64,000 nucleotides of DNA, taken from Selaginella moellendorffii. Lineage: Eukaryota; Plantae; Lycopodiophyta. Each line of letters starts with the position of its first letter. The stretch's first letter is position 1. Below are positions 1-11,778 of this stretch, in pieces. Position numbers and translations under genes: made by a program. Below the pieces are notes generated by a model. That model was not told the origin of the DNA. It did not search any database and saw nothing but the letters and a program-made list of their open reading frames with translations. Location of the stretch: assembly GCF_000143415.4 (NCBI RefSeq), contig NW_003314272.1, forward strand, positions 1,868,374 through 1,932,373, given 5' to 3'.

Positions 1-42
1 ATTTTCTGGAACCAGTGGCTTACCTTGTTTGTGGATTGACAG

Positions 43-603
43 AGCATACAAGACGATGTAGCACTCTACTTGTACAGCAAAGTTCGCGAGCTAGATCCCA
101 AGACGCTGCTGGGAGCAATGTACTTGAAAGCCGGCTACCAGGCTCCTCGCTACAGCGTCTCGGCCGGCTACAAGAACAAGTTCGTGGGGACGGTGGTGAT
201 CCGGGGCAAGCGCTTCGCGAGCTCGCCGTGCGAGACGCAGGACGAGGCCGAGAAGAGCGCGGCGGACAGCGCTCTCAGCTGGGTGCTCGGGCAGCCCAGG
301 CAAGGCGGAGCCGCGGGTGACACGCAGGGCCGAGGTAGAGGCCGAGGTGCCGGGGGGATCCGAGGTGGGATGAGAGGCGGGGGCCGAGGTAGAGGCCGGG
401 GTCGCGGTGGCGGCAACGTTAAGAAGCGAGGCACTGCGCAGCGCGTAGCGATCAAGCCCCGCAAGTGCTTCCACGTCGAGATCAACTACAAGCTCATGAG
501 TTTCGTGGTGCTCTACGATGATCCGCAAGAGGTCTACTACCCCTACAAGGATTTTCCAACGCAGCGCGACCTCGACGCCATCGCGAGAAGACCATCGTTT
601 TAG
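43..603 (+). CDS. 3' terminal exon encoding a dsRNA-binding domain plus RGG tail, probably of a DExH-box RNA helicase (5' part outside the window)
   Basis: Acceptor ...gattgacAG at 41-42. DPKTLL..YLKAGYQAPRY...FVGTVVIRG..F.SSPC....AEKSAA..ALSW resembles the C-terminal dsRBD of plant DExH helicases. It is followed by GRGRGRG repeats. Confidence 0.65.
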   Translation, partial: SIQDDVALYLYSKVRELDPKTLLGAMYLKAGYQAPRYSVSAGYKNKFVGTVVIRGKRFASSPCETQDEAEKSAADSALSWVLGQPRQGGAAGDTQGRGRGRGAGGIRGGMRGGGRGRGRGRGGGNVKKRGTAQRVAIKPRKCFHVEINYKLMSFVVLYDDPQEVYYPYKDFPTQRDLDAIARRPSF

Positions 604-1132
604 TTCTAAGACGAGGTTTATAGTTCGTCTTCAGAAGGTGGGGGTTCGATTCCGGGCGACCAAAGTTTTTTTAGGGCGGCTGTTCGAATCCGGGGACGAG
701 CAAAAGTTTTTTTAATCTTTGCGTTTTCTTCCTTTTTATTCTTTTATTTTCGTTTCCCCCCAATACCTAGGACCAGAGAGGAGCGGGCTATGGCGTCTTG
801 CGGCGTGGCAAGGGAGCGCTAGGGTTAGAGGCGTGGTGGGAGTTTCCGGAGAGCTAGGGCTGGATTCGAGGTTGGCTTGATCTTCCGGCGGCAATGGAAC
901 AGGGAAATGCGGCGGAGGTAAGGCCGTGAAAGAGGAATGCAGCTGCCAGGAGGAGCGAGAGCTTCCTGCCGGGAGTAGTATCGCCTGGGCTGGGATTGAG
1001 GGGAAGTGATCGGGAAGAAGAGCCGGCTGGGTAGGGTAAACGATCCAGTTAGGGGAGCTCCTTCAAGAAGTAGCGTGGCTATGAGGCTGTTGATTATAGG
1101 GCATTGGTCTAGTTGAGTGGGAAGGAGCTGCA

Positions 1133-4100
1133 ATGGCCGACACGGTCGGCTCCATCTTGGACTATCTCCGGCAGCACCACTTCTTACAGGCGGAAGCTGC
1201 TCTTAAGGCGGAGCTCGCCGGCCGTGAAGTCTCGAATGGCCTCTTCTCCATCGACGTTGATCTTGGCGTCCAGAGCAACAAGGTGCCCGCCAAAGAGCTT
1301 GCCGAGGATGCTTCCGTGCCAAGCGACGTCCAGAATGAAAAGCTGCTGGTTTCCGAGGTTGCGGACTGCCAAAGGAACTCTACGCTGGTTAAGTACTACA
1401 TGGGCGTGCCAAAGTCGACTGAGCAGACCACGAGTGCTTCTGTGCAAGCTGGTCCGGAACTTGAGGTAGCAGAGGACAAGCGTCGTGCTACCGGCAGTGC
1501 CGGCACTGAGAATGCTGCAAAGGTCAAGGTGGTGGGAGAGTCGAGCTTGGAGTCGTTGAACGAAGGATTCTGGGAACAGAAAGATGAGCTGCTTTGGGTG
1601 CCCGGGACAAAGCAGGGTCCGCAGCTGGGAAAGGTTCATCCGCTAGACGAGCTGGGGTTTTCGCAGGGAAGGAAGAGCTCGCAGACGCACAACGATCAGA
1701 AGCACAAGGAAGCTGCTCGTCATAAGTCGATGGAGGCCAGGAGCGAACGGAGTGGTCCGGAGAGTACCGATGAACCACAGGTGTCTAACATCCGATCCAC
1801 TAGAAAAGAAGCAGCAGAAGACGGTAAACCGGAAGAAAGTTGTCTTGCGTCGCGGCCGACATCATCAGCAAACTCTTCAAACCAGAAAGGAGGACAAGAT
1901 AAAACAAGAGGTTCTGGTGATGCTTCTGAGAGATCAAGCGGGTTTCCTAGGCTTCCTCCGGTGAGGCTGAAATCCGTGGAGAAGATACCAGACGAATGGG
2001 TTGCACACTGTCGAGTAGGGTCTGACGCCGACGTAGAGATGGACCCGCTGGACGCATCTTCTTTCGCACTTGGATCTTTTCTTGACGTTCCTGTTGGCCA
2101 AGACATTTTGTCGTCGGGTAAGCTCGCAGTTATTTCCACACACGATCTAGCTCTAACACCACGACATGCAGGTACCAAACGCTGTGCTGCTATTAACAGA
2201 CCATCTGTTAGCCATGGCATTGTGGAAGATCCATCAGCATCGTTTGCAAACGCAGGTGACGGGTCGGCTGCTGAGTATCCGGATGAGTATTGGGATTCTG
2301 ACGCCTACGAAGACGATGACGATCCTGGCTACACACGACGGCCCATTGACGACGAGAAAGAATTTCTGGCAAGCGAGATCAATTATCCCAGTGAAGAGGA
2401 AAGAGCACGGATAGAACATAACCCTGCCCAGCAAGGTACAACTTATGGGAAATATGATGACGATGACCGTTCTTATGTGGAGTCTTACTTTTCTGGAGAG
2501 GAATACTACAGAGGAAGAGACGCCAGAGATAACAACGGTGACGCAGATGTCGACGCCTTATGCGGTGCAGCTGATGAGCTTTCTTTTAGGCCGCATGCCA
2601 ACGACTACGATGGTCAGCTGTTAGATTCAGAAGAGCTGAAGCAGATTCGGTCCGAGCCAGCTTGGCAAGGTTTTGTTGTTCAAGGGAATGCGATAAGGAA
2701 GGATCAGGCTGCTACAACTGCCAATGACCAGGATGACTTTAGCCGGGAAATTCGAGAAACGTACCTTGCCGAAAGTAGTGACGGGGAAGTCGGAAGTCTA
2801 CAGGATTGTGACTTTCGAGGACGCAACGGTTTCTTGGACGTGGAGAAACGCCGCCAGCAATGTTTCAAACAGGGAGGACCAAGCTCCGCGGAAGAAGAAC
2901 ATGACATTGTTCTCCAGTATTATAACAGGCCGTGGGGTCACAAAGCACAGGCAAATGGATGTGAGGAGGTCGACTTCCAACAAGACAGAAACGGCAGCGT
3001 TGAGACGCAGCTCGCGGAAGAGCAGCTCGGTGCCTTTCAGTTCGGCGGCTTTTCTTTTCCGTCTCCATCAAGTGCTGGCGATGTTGATGGTTCTAGAGCA
3101 GAGTCCGGGAGGTCCTTGTGGTCAACAAGAGAAATATCGTCTCGGGGTGAGGAGGTAGATCAATTTGCTAACGGCTTCGTTGGTCCAGATGACACGCTAG
3201 CCTCTTGGAAACGCAAAAGCAACGAGTCGTCTCCGATTATTAGCGGCGGGGAGGATCACGAGCTCCGTCTGGCTTTGTCGACACACTCAACTGTGTCACC
3301 TGGCTCTACCGAGGACTCCCTCAGTGTTGAAGAAGAGCGAGTTGATGACGAGGATGTGGATGCACAGAGGGACGAGACTGAGGCTGCAGCCGCGTATGAC
3401 GAAGAAGCAATAGCTGTTCATGAGCATTTTCATCGCTTGCAAGCTGAAGAGGAGGAGTTTGAGACCTTTGACTTGAAAATTATTCACAGGAAAAACAGGT
3501 ACTGCACGGTTTATGCTTTCATTCACGCCACTGACGCTGCTTCTTTTGTTTGGTTTTTAGAACTGGATTCGAGGAAGATAAGGATTTCCAGGTTCTGATC
3601 AACTCGGTAATCGCTGGTCGCTATCATGTTACGGAGTTTCTTGGAGCCGCAGCTTTCAGCAAGGCCATCCAGGCGCATGACCTCTTCACTGGCATGGATG
3701 TTTGTATGAAGATCATCAAGAATAACAAGGATTTCTTTGATCAAAGCCTTGACGAGATCAAGCTGCTGAAGTATATCAACAAACACGATCCGGCGGACAA
3801 GTACCATATTCTACGGTTATATGATTACTTCTATCATCGGGTAAGACGTTTTGTGCAATTCTCACTGTCGGTACTGAAACCAAACTTTTCAGGAGCACCT
3901 ATTTATCGTCTGTGAGCTACTACGAGCTAATCTGTACGAGTTTCACAAGTACAACCGAGATTCGGGAGGGGAGGTCTATTTCACGATGCCTAGATTGCAG
4001 GTAGGAAGTGTTCTAGCTCACAGGTGGATTTTATTCGTAACTCTCGAAACTTTGCAGTCTATTACTCGCCAGTGTTTGGAGGCACTGGAGTTCTTGCATG

Positions 4101-4777
4101 GCCTTGGATTGATACATTGCGATTTGAAGCCGGAGAACATACTAGTAAAGAGCTACAGCCGGTGCGAAGTGAAGGTGATTGATCTCGGGAGCAGCTGCTT
4201 TCAAAGCGACCACCTGTGCTCTTACGTGCAATCCCGATCTTATCGAGCGCCAGAAGTTATACTGGGCCTTCCCTACGACCAGAAGATTGACATTTGGTCC
4301 CTGGGGTGTATTCTAGCGGAGCTTTGCTCAGGAAATGTGAGTATTTGTGATACTTGAACCATGCCATGCTAACGTTCGTTCTCGTGTGTTTACAGGTACT
4401 ATTCCAGAATGACTCCCTGGCAACGCTGCTCGCCCGCGTTGTCGGCATTATTGGCCCTCTAGATCCTGAGATGGTGGCCAGAGGACGCGAATCTTACAAA
4501 TTCTTGACGAAGAACAGCAAGCTGTATGAGCGCAACCAGGTAAAGTGCAGTTTCCAGCTTTGTGGTTTTGGTTAACGAGACAAAACAGGAGACTAGCCGC
4601 ATGGAGTACTTAATCCCCAAGAAAACGACGCTGGCACATCGTCTGCCCATGGGCGACCAGGGGTTCCTCGAGTTTGTGGCGTTCCTTCTCCAGATTAATC
4701 CCAAGAACCGTCCCAGCGCGGCCGAGGCACTCAAGCATCCGTGGCTCTCGTATCCATACGAGCCAATCTCGTCGTGA
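1133..4777 (+). CDS. DYRK-family (plant DYRKP-type) CMGC protein kinase, multi-exon, with long acidic N-terminus and LisH-like start
   Basis: FDLKIIHRKNR|TGFEEDKDF, LGAAAFSKA, FFDQSLDEIKLL, IHCDLKPEN, IDLGSSC, YVQSRSYRAPEVILG. GT-AG introns at 2118-2171, 3499-3561, 3841-3892, 4001-4057, 4337-4395 and 4540-4588. Confidence 0.92.
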
Positions 4778-5255
4778 GTTCCACGAGACGAGACGAGACG
4801 AGACGAAGAACACATAGGCCTACACAAAAACACAAACAGTCGAACACACACACACACACACAAACAGAGAGGAGCAGAAGAACACTTGGGAAAAGAAAAG
4901 TTGAGTGCTGGTTTTGTTGCCTTGCTGACGTTCGTGGGTTTTGCATTCCTTCAGCTTACAGTTTCGGGGTGTATTTCTACAAGACCAAAGGGTTGTATTC
5001 TATCTTCTTCATCTTCTCCACTCCACCACCACCACCATTTGTCCGTCTTCTGGTTTTTTCTCCTTCGATTCTTTCCTTCTTTTGGTTTTTTTTTTTTTTG
5101 TTCTTCGTTTTCTTTATATTTGTTTTGGTGCTGTTTTTACGTCCCGGTCAAGAGCGGAGGTTCTTTGTAACATATATTTCCAAACACTGATGCTGCCGCT
5201 GTAGTAGCTCTCACTCTCTGATTCTTCTAATGCAAAAAAACAAAGCCAGAAATTC

Positions 5256-5330
5256 TTGGAAAATTATACTCTAGTTTTGAAAAGTGTGACTCGACTTCTG
5301 GTTGGAAAATTATACTCTAGTTTTGAAAAG
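5256..5330. repeat. 29-bp perfect direct repeat (ttggaaaattatactctagttttgaaaag) x2 with 17-bp spacer
   Basis: Identical copies at 5256-5284 and 5302-5330. Confidence 0.9.
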
Positions 5331-5340
5331 GATGTTGTGT

Positions 5341-5371
<31 letters not shown>

Positions 5372-5661
5372 TTGCAGCTGCACGACTGGGAAGTGGATTT
5401 TCTTAACGAGTCAAATCTAGAGAAAAGAAATTTTATATAAAATAAAATAAAATCGGAAAAAGAGAGGAAAGAAAACTGTTGTTCCGTGTTGGACTTGCGG
5501 GGATTCTCAGTTTGCAAGTACTGGTGTAACATATTTATTATTTCTCTCTGAAGATATATAGCCTAAGATATTATCATCTCTCGCAAAATCCTGAGGAACA
5601 CTCAGCCGGAAGGAAATCAGCAGAGGCTGCTTTGGGTGTCCAAGTCACTTTCGCGCGAGTG

Positions 5662-5895
5662 GAGTGTTTTGTGGGAACAAGGGAGCTCCCTTCAGTCCAA
5701 GGCAGGTCGATCAAAGCTCGAGAGAGAACCAGCTCCCGCATCATGCAAGCGTCTACCACTGGACAAAAGAAGCTCTCTTTCTGAAACTGGCATTGTAACT
5801 TTCCAAGGTACGCGGATGCATGAGTCGGCAGCAGGACCATCTCCAGCTCCACCTGAGTTGAACTAAAGGAAGCTCCCGCGAACAAAAACACACAC
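5662..5895 (-). ncRNA. MIR319: MIR319 precursor hairpin (mature miR319 at 5701-5681)
   Basis: Reverse complement of 5681-5701 is CUUGGACUGAAGGGAGCUCCC. Star arm GGGAGCUUCCUUUAGUUCAAC at 5877-5857. The conserved loop-proximal duplex is UGCUGCCGACUCAUGCAUCC (5833-5814) with UGCAUGAUGCGGGAG (5747-5733). The basal stem pairs gtgttttgt with acaaaaacac. Confidence 0.95.
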
Positions 5896-6257
5896 ACACA
5901 CAACGAGAAGAATCTAAACGTATTTGTTTCCAGGCCCCACGCCATCGCTGAAAAGAGCTCAGGTTTTTGGATCATTCATTCCTCCCTCCTGCCCAGATTT
6001 CTGCCTAGATTTCTGGAATGGCAAGCATTGAAAGCAGTCAGGAGCATGAAAGGAGGGACGTACCTCAAGGACGAAGAGAGAATTGGATAGATTGTAGATG
6101 GATTGCAGGCAGCAGCAGCACCAACATTGTCTATCACACGCTAACAATCTCCGCTCTGGCTCGCCCGCGCGTCGTCGTCGTCGGTGTCCGCGTCGGCGTC
6201 GGTGAGAACCCATCCCTCTGGAATGAGAAGACCCAATATGTCAAAATCCCATTCACA

Positions 6258-6258
<1 letters not shown>

Positions 6259-6290
<32 letters not shown>

Positions 6291-6326
6291 ACTCTCCTTT
6301 CTTGCTCACTCTCTCTCTCTTTTCTC
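6259..6326. repeat. (CT/GA)n microsatellite tract in the putative pri-miR319 leader
   Basis: ctctctct... tract seen directly. Confidence 0.85.
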
Positions 6327-6650
6327 GCTGGCTGCTGGGCTCGATGTGAAGTGAAAAGCGAGCAGCGGCAGCAGCGGCAAGAGCGAGCCAGGCAAGAGAC
6401 AAGGAAAACCCGCCAGCACAAAATTAAAAAGCCGTGCGAATCTCTGAAACAGGCAAAGCAAAAGGTCGCGCAAAAGTGCAGCACCGCAAAAACACGAACG
6501 GCCAGAGAGCCGCCAGAGCCAGATTAGCCACACAACCCCCACGATGATAAGAGAGAAAGGAAAAGATCTGCGGTGATACTCTGGATTAGCTCATGGAAAA
6601 ATGAGAGCTATGGTTGACGGGACAACACTCTCTCTCTCTCTCGGGGGAGC

Positions 6651-6689
6651 TTTATAGTGCGTTCGTACAGCCGGCCTGCGCCACGTGGC
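6651..6689 (-). promoter_or_regulatory. Putative MIR319 promoter: TATA box (CTATAAA) and perfect G-box GCCACGTGGC
   Basis: The minus strand reads GCCACGTGGC (6689-6680), then CTATAAA (6657-6651) 22 nt later, oriented toward the hairpin. Confidence 0.6.
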
Positions 6690-8058
6690 GGCGGGGCTTG
6701 CCTGCCTGCAACAACAACAACAACAACAACAGGGAAGTCTTTTTTGACTGATTTTTCCGCCTGAATTTTGAACAAGCTTTTCACCTTGTTGCACACACAA
6801 AATCACACTTGCTGCCACTTGGTTTCAGCTTTGGAGATTTGCAGGCACATTCTGGGGTGGTGGTGGATGGAGGGAGGGAATGTGTATTTGTATGCGTACC
6901 TTCGAGTGTCATCACAAAAGCTGTGCAAGCTACATGTTTGAAAAGCTGATGCAGGAGTAGGCAGTGTTTAGCAGTCTCGTCCCCATATATCACGCAGATA
7001 ATGAAGACACCACCTTGTCGATCGATCTTTTCGATACGGAGAATCAACTCCTTGAGCTCTGTCAAAACATAGCAAATATTTCGCGGAAGCGTAGTGTGGA
7101 CAATGTGGCTATGATCAGCTAGCTATATACATAGCCAACGTGGATCTGGCTGCGTAAACCTCCAACACTGAACCTCAGGATGCTCTTGCCCGCATGCAAG
7201 CAAGGCATAAGATTCTACCAGATGCTCGAAGCCAACGTTGTGGTTCTCAGGGCTAGTGCTAGTGCTGACTCTGGACCGGCGGCATTGACGAGCAGTGATG
7301 CGGCGAAAAGAGCGATGGTTTTTGGCGATCATCGTCATCACGGTTCCAGCGATGCTACCCAGGATCAACTCTCTATGCACTGGAGATAATGCCGAGCTTC
7401 GTGAAAACATAGCTGTATCCTTGCAATTCTTCGGCTAGGCTGGAGAAGCAGTGCCGTTTTTTTCTTTACTTTTTTCTCCGAGTCTTAAGGTCGAATATCT
7501 CCAGTTGGAACACAGCCATGCGAACGGCAACCGCTTATTAGAAATGCGGTTGACAGATTCTTCCGGCCGTAGGCCCAGGGAGGAGACACAGCAAGAAACC
7601 AGAGGGCTACAGTGCTTTTGACTTCCCAAGGCTCGCGAGCAAGCCTGTTTCTCTTTCCCGCTAAGTAATCAAGCCCAAGACTTCCCAGTCTTCTAGAAAG
7701 CTTTAGACGAAGGTGCCCATTAGTGCCCCAGGAAGATGGTGGCGAAATTTTTGGAAGAAAGGAGGCGAGATGGCGATGGAAGAAATATACTTTGTCCATT
7801 CACCATGACAAATCTGCGGCGTGTGGGCCTGGCATGGAAACAAGACCACACAGTTGGCTCTCGCCGGGCCCCGGACGGAGAAACGTGGCGCTGGATGAAC
7901 GAAGGCGCGAGAAAATGGCGAGTGCCAAGTTAGTTAAAGCCAAATCCCGAGTTTTGAGCTATGGCGTACGCGCCCACAGAATGAAGGGGCTAGAGTTTCT
8001 TTCTAGACAAGTCACAGACAGGGATCTCCGGCGGTAAGAGATCTTCCAGGTGCGAGAG

Positions 8059-9004
8059 ATGTTGTCGCCCAGGAGCAGGAGGGAGGCGATCGAGCAGGGC
8101 AAAGCGGAGCTAAACAGGCTGTACGAGCAGCTCCCGGAGAGCGCCCACGATCTGTCCTTGCGAGATCTGGTGGAGCACCCGACGATCCCCCTGTCCGGGG
8201 GCCTCCCCGTGGAGCAGCGCCAAGAGGGTCTCCCCCCGGACGTGGCGGCGTTTGGCTCCGCCACCGCATTCTTCTTCTCGGTCACCTCCTCACCGCCGCG
8301 CTCCACCAGCGGCGCCGCCACCACCAGGGGGGTGATCAGCGCTAGGATCGACGCTCCTCCTCCTCCTCTGCCCGTGTCAGTGAAGCACATCTCGCCAAGG
8401 AAGGTTTCCCCCAGGCCCTCGCCGCCACCGTCGCCCAGGAGTGGGATTAAGTCGCTGCCAGCCTCGCCCGTGTGGAGAATCTACAAGGAGCCGCAAGTGA
8501 AGCCAATCCTCCCGGCTCTCAGCTTCGATCATGGCGTCCATAGCAAGTGTAGCTCTTGCTCCGCCCATGTCATCTTCTTCAAGACCAAGTGCCAGGTACT
8601 GCGAGAAACGCTTCTCTAGTTTGGATTTCTCGGAACGATCACTGCAAAGATCGATCTTTCGAGCAGAGGACTTTGGTGGCACTCATCTTCTTTGTTTTCC
8701 TTTCCAGGTGTGCAGTCGATTGTATTGCAACAGGTGTGTGAAGCGGGCGACATGCACGTCAAAGTGCGGCCAAGGATGCTTCAGTAGCAGCCATAGCCAA
8801 GAAGGCTCGGCGCCCACCAAGAGGTATGAGAATTCAAGGTTTGACAAGGTTGGGAAGTCAAGAATTCTTGGTTGTTTTGAATGTAGGAGAGGGATACTCC
8901 CGGGCTCGTCTTGTTGGCCTTTCCCAATCACGAAGGCCTCGTCGCGACCTCGCAGCAAAACGGGAAATGGGGACTCTATACACCCCGCCAGCGCAGATTT
9001 CTAA
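8059..9004 (+). CDS. Plant-specific unknown protein (SPR.R..AI..G..EL....LPES..DLSLRDLVE motif) with a FYVE-like Cys-rich finger, 3 exons
   Basis: Introns 8596-8707 and 8824-8886 join in frame. The spliced product has CSSC-x11-CQVC-x4-CNRC-x5-CTSKC and a C-terminal CWPF motif. Confidence 0.7.
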
Positions 9005-9223
9005 GCGAAAAGGCGGCGACCCCATTTTCTCTCTTTTTTTTTTTTTTGTGTGTGTCTGTTTGGCTCGCGTCGAAGGTCTAGTTCTCGCATCTCGTGTAAA
9101 TTCTTGGTAGTAAAGTTGTAGAGCTAAAATGTGGGAGATGATTCGCTGAGATATGGCATCTACACTTTTAGAACACATTCCAAATGCCTTTGCCAACGTT
9201 TTTTACAGAGAATCTGGACACTG

Positions 9224-11098
9224 CTAAGTTGCAAATGCCGGGGCCGACAAAGGTAAGTGCAAGCATCTCCAATCTATTGTGTCGGGAGCAAAAGGCATGC
9301 TGAGGATAAGCTCGTGAGCGTGATCAACATGGTTGGAGCGAGACAAGAGATCCACCATGCAAGTGTAATGCTTCTTTCCGGGCTGCAAGTGGTAATCCTG
9401 TGCCAAAGACACGAACGCCCTCCTCCCAGCTTGCAGCTTCCCGGCGCGGCTGCAAGCCGCTAGCACCGACGCGAAGCAGGCCTCGTCCGGAGCGTGATCC
9501 ATCATCTTCATGGAGTCAAAAAGTTCTAGGCACTGGATCGACTTCCCGTGCCGAGCATATGCGTCCAGCAGCGTGGACCACGACAAGAGATCTGTTTCGG
9601 GCATTTGTGCAAGAAAAGTCTGGGCTCTTACAAGACGCCCATTAACGGCATATGCTGCTAGCATAGCATTCCTTGAGACCGTATTGGAATAAGGCAACAC
9701 AAAATAGATATCTTCTGCTTTCTCTGTGTAGCCACATTGTGCGTACGCATGGATAAGAACAATTTCTGTTGCTAAGCTTACGGCTGGAAGCCTTTTGTGA
9801 AACTGCATCATTGAGTCAATATGCCCGAGATTGGCATAAGCGGTAAGGATAACGGTTGCCATTCCGTGATCACACATGAAGTTGTCAAAGAGTAAACAGC
9901 ATGCCTCGTCCAAGTATTGGGTTATTGAATACAGATCTATCATTATGAATTTTGATATTTGATTGATCTGTGGCATTGAAAAAAACAGGTCTTGAGCTTG
10001 TCGCACATCCCTCGTCAAGGCATATGCTGATAGCATTGTGTTGTCGGAGACAAGATCGTGCTCAGGCATTCTTATATAGACGGCCCTCGCCCTTTCTACT
10101 TGCAAAGAACAGGCAGAGAGCAAAATGTTGTAGGAAACGAGATCCCGTGCGACCATGCTGTGGAAGCTTAACTCAATTGCTTCGATAGATTCTCTTTGGT
10201 GGCGAGCTGCGTTTGCGAGAATGGTGTTGAATGACAGCATATTGTATTCCGGGAACCCGGAAAAAATGTGTTCCTGTTCTTGGGCTCTCTCCTCGTCAGC
10301 TCCAGTTAGCATTGTGTTCCAGGACGCTAGATCTCTCTGCGGCATCTCGTGGTAAAAACTTCGCTCTGCGCGTTCGAAGCAGCCATTCGTTATGCATCCC
10401 GAGAGGAATGCGTTCCAGCAGACGAGGTTCCGTTCCGGGAGCTGATTAAAAATGTCCAGTGCTTGATCAAGATGCCCGTTCTTGGCAAGCGCATTTATCA
10501 TAGCAGTTGCGGACACTAGATCCAAAACTGGCATCGAATCAAAAACACATTTTGCTCCATCGAGTTGAGAGCTGTTTTGATAAGCCGTAAGCATTGTCGT
10601 TGAGGATACAAGGCTGTGTTCAACCATGGAGTCAAATAGCTCTTGAGCATGGACCAGATACCCTCTATGGGCATATGCTGCGAGCATTGTTGTTGACGAG
10701 ACGTGATCCCTCTGCATTTGATCAAAGAATTTCTTGGCATAGTGAAGATCTTCCCCGCTGCAAAGAGCCGCAAGAACTACGTTCCAAGCGACCTGGTTTC
10801 TACATGGCATCGCGAGTAAAAGCTCCAGTGCCTCACGGACATGGCCGCTATGAGCATAGGCAGTGATCATAAACACCCAAGTGTGTGAGTTCCTTCTGCT
10901 GGATGGGAAGATGCTTTCAAACACACTGCGAGCGTCTGTGACGCTTCCAAGCCGCGCATACATTTGGATGAGTGTGTTGGAGAGAAAGATATCTTGAGAC
11001 AAACAAGTCGAATGTGGGAGAAATGGTCGGATAGTTTTGTTGAAGACTGAGAGACTGCTGCAAGATTGAATCAGATGAATACAGCCAAACCGCTCCAT
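9224..11098 (-). CDS. PLS-class pentatricopeptide repeat protein (runs of short 31-aa motifs), truncated in the E domain and fairly degenerate
   Basis: Repeated FDSMP..DLVS..AML.AYA..G units; FASVLAACSRAG; HYTCMVDLLSR; ends after MPFAPDTIDW. Confidence 0.88.
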   Translation of the reverse strand: MERFGCIHLIQSCSSLSVFNKTIRPFLPHSTCLSQDIFLSNTLIQMYARLGSVTDARSVFESIFPSSRRNSHTWVFMITAYAHSGHVREALELLLAMPCRNQVAWNVVLAALCSGEDLHYAKKFFDQMQRDHVSSTTMLAAYAHRGYLVHAQELFDSMVEHSLVSSTTMLTAYQNSSQLDGAKCVFDSMPVLDLVSATAMINALAKNGHLDQALDIFNQLPERNLVCWNAFLSGCITNGCFERAERSFYHEMPQRDLASWNTMLTGADEERAQEQEHIFSGFPEYNMLSFNTILANAARHQRESIEAIELSFHSMVARDLVSYNILLSACSLQVERARAVYIRMPEHDLVSDNTMLSAYALTRDVRQAQDLFFSMPQINQISKFIMIDLYSITQYLDEACCLLFDNFMCDHGMATVILTAYANLGHIDSMMQFHKRLPAVSLATEIVLIHAYAQCGYTEKAEDIYFVLPYSNTVSRNAMLAAYAVNGRLVRAQTFLAQMPETDLLSWSTLLDAYARHGKSIQCLELFDSMKMMDHAPDEACFASVLAACSRAGKLQAGRRAFVSLAQDYHLQPGKKHYTCMVDLLSRSNHVDHAHELILSMPFAPDTIDWRCLHLPLSAPAFAT

Positions 11099-11778
11099 CA
11101 GAACAAATTCAGAGTTTCATGGGGAGGAACGTACTCCCCGTGTAAATCCGCTAAGATGTACTCCTGGAATCATCAACCATCCCCTTCTATAAGATCACGA
11201 GAGATAGAAAAGCAAAACTCTACCGAGGGTGCCACTTGGACTGCTATAGTAAGAACTCCGCCTGGAGGCCGGGAGTTCCAGTGCCGATATTTCCCTCCCA
11301 GAGATATGGAAGACTTAGTCCACGAGATGTGCCGGGCGAGAGTGATGCAGATACAAAGTGATGTATGGATGGAGCATTTTGTGTCAGCTCGAATGAAACC
11401 AATCATCTCCCACTCTGCAAGCACCCCAACAGACAACGTTGAAGGAAGTGGCTACTGTCTACAAAACAATGGTTAAGAGTAACAAGAGTAGCTAGAATGG
11501 CAGTAGAGCTTGTCATTGAAACTGCGTGTCTATTTCAAGTTTCTGTGAGGATTTAGACTAGTTTCACTGAGTGCAGGTGAAAGAGTTTGTAAAGGAACAC
11601 CACCTGAGAGTTTGGGCGAGAGCAAAAGAATTCTTCTTTTCTTACTGAGTTTTGCAGACACGATCAATGTGACTATTGAGTCAAGGATTTGTTGCTGAAC
11701 TTTGAGAACTCATGCCATATCTAACAATAAGAAAAAGGCTAATCCAAAAAATCTTTTCTTTTTTAGGTCCTTATTTAA

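Noticed and set aside
1051-1070. ggggagctccttcaag in the kinase 5' leader resembles a miR319/159 target site
   Set aside because: It pairs only with the miRNA 3' half and needs a bulge; the 5' end of the miRNA is mismatched.
2118-4057. Stop-free in-frame introns (54 and 57 nt) as regulated intron retention
   Set aside because: With introns this short, a sizeable fraction are in frame and stop-free by chance.
5256-5330. 29-bp direct repeat with spacer, superficially CRISPR-like
   Set aside because: Only two units, a 17-bp spacer, a eukaryotic context and no cas genes; it is a simple local duplication.
4741-7065. Numerous ORFs in the microsatellite-rich region
   Set aside because: They are low-complexity translations of UTR and pri-miRNA sequence.
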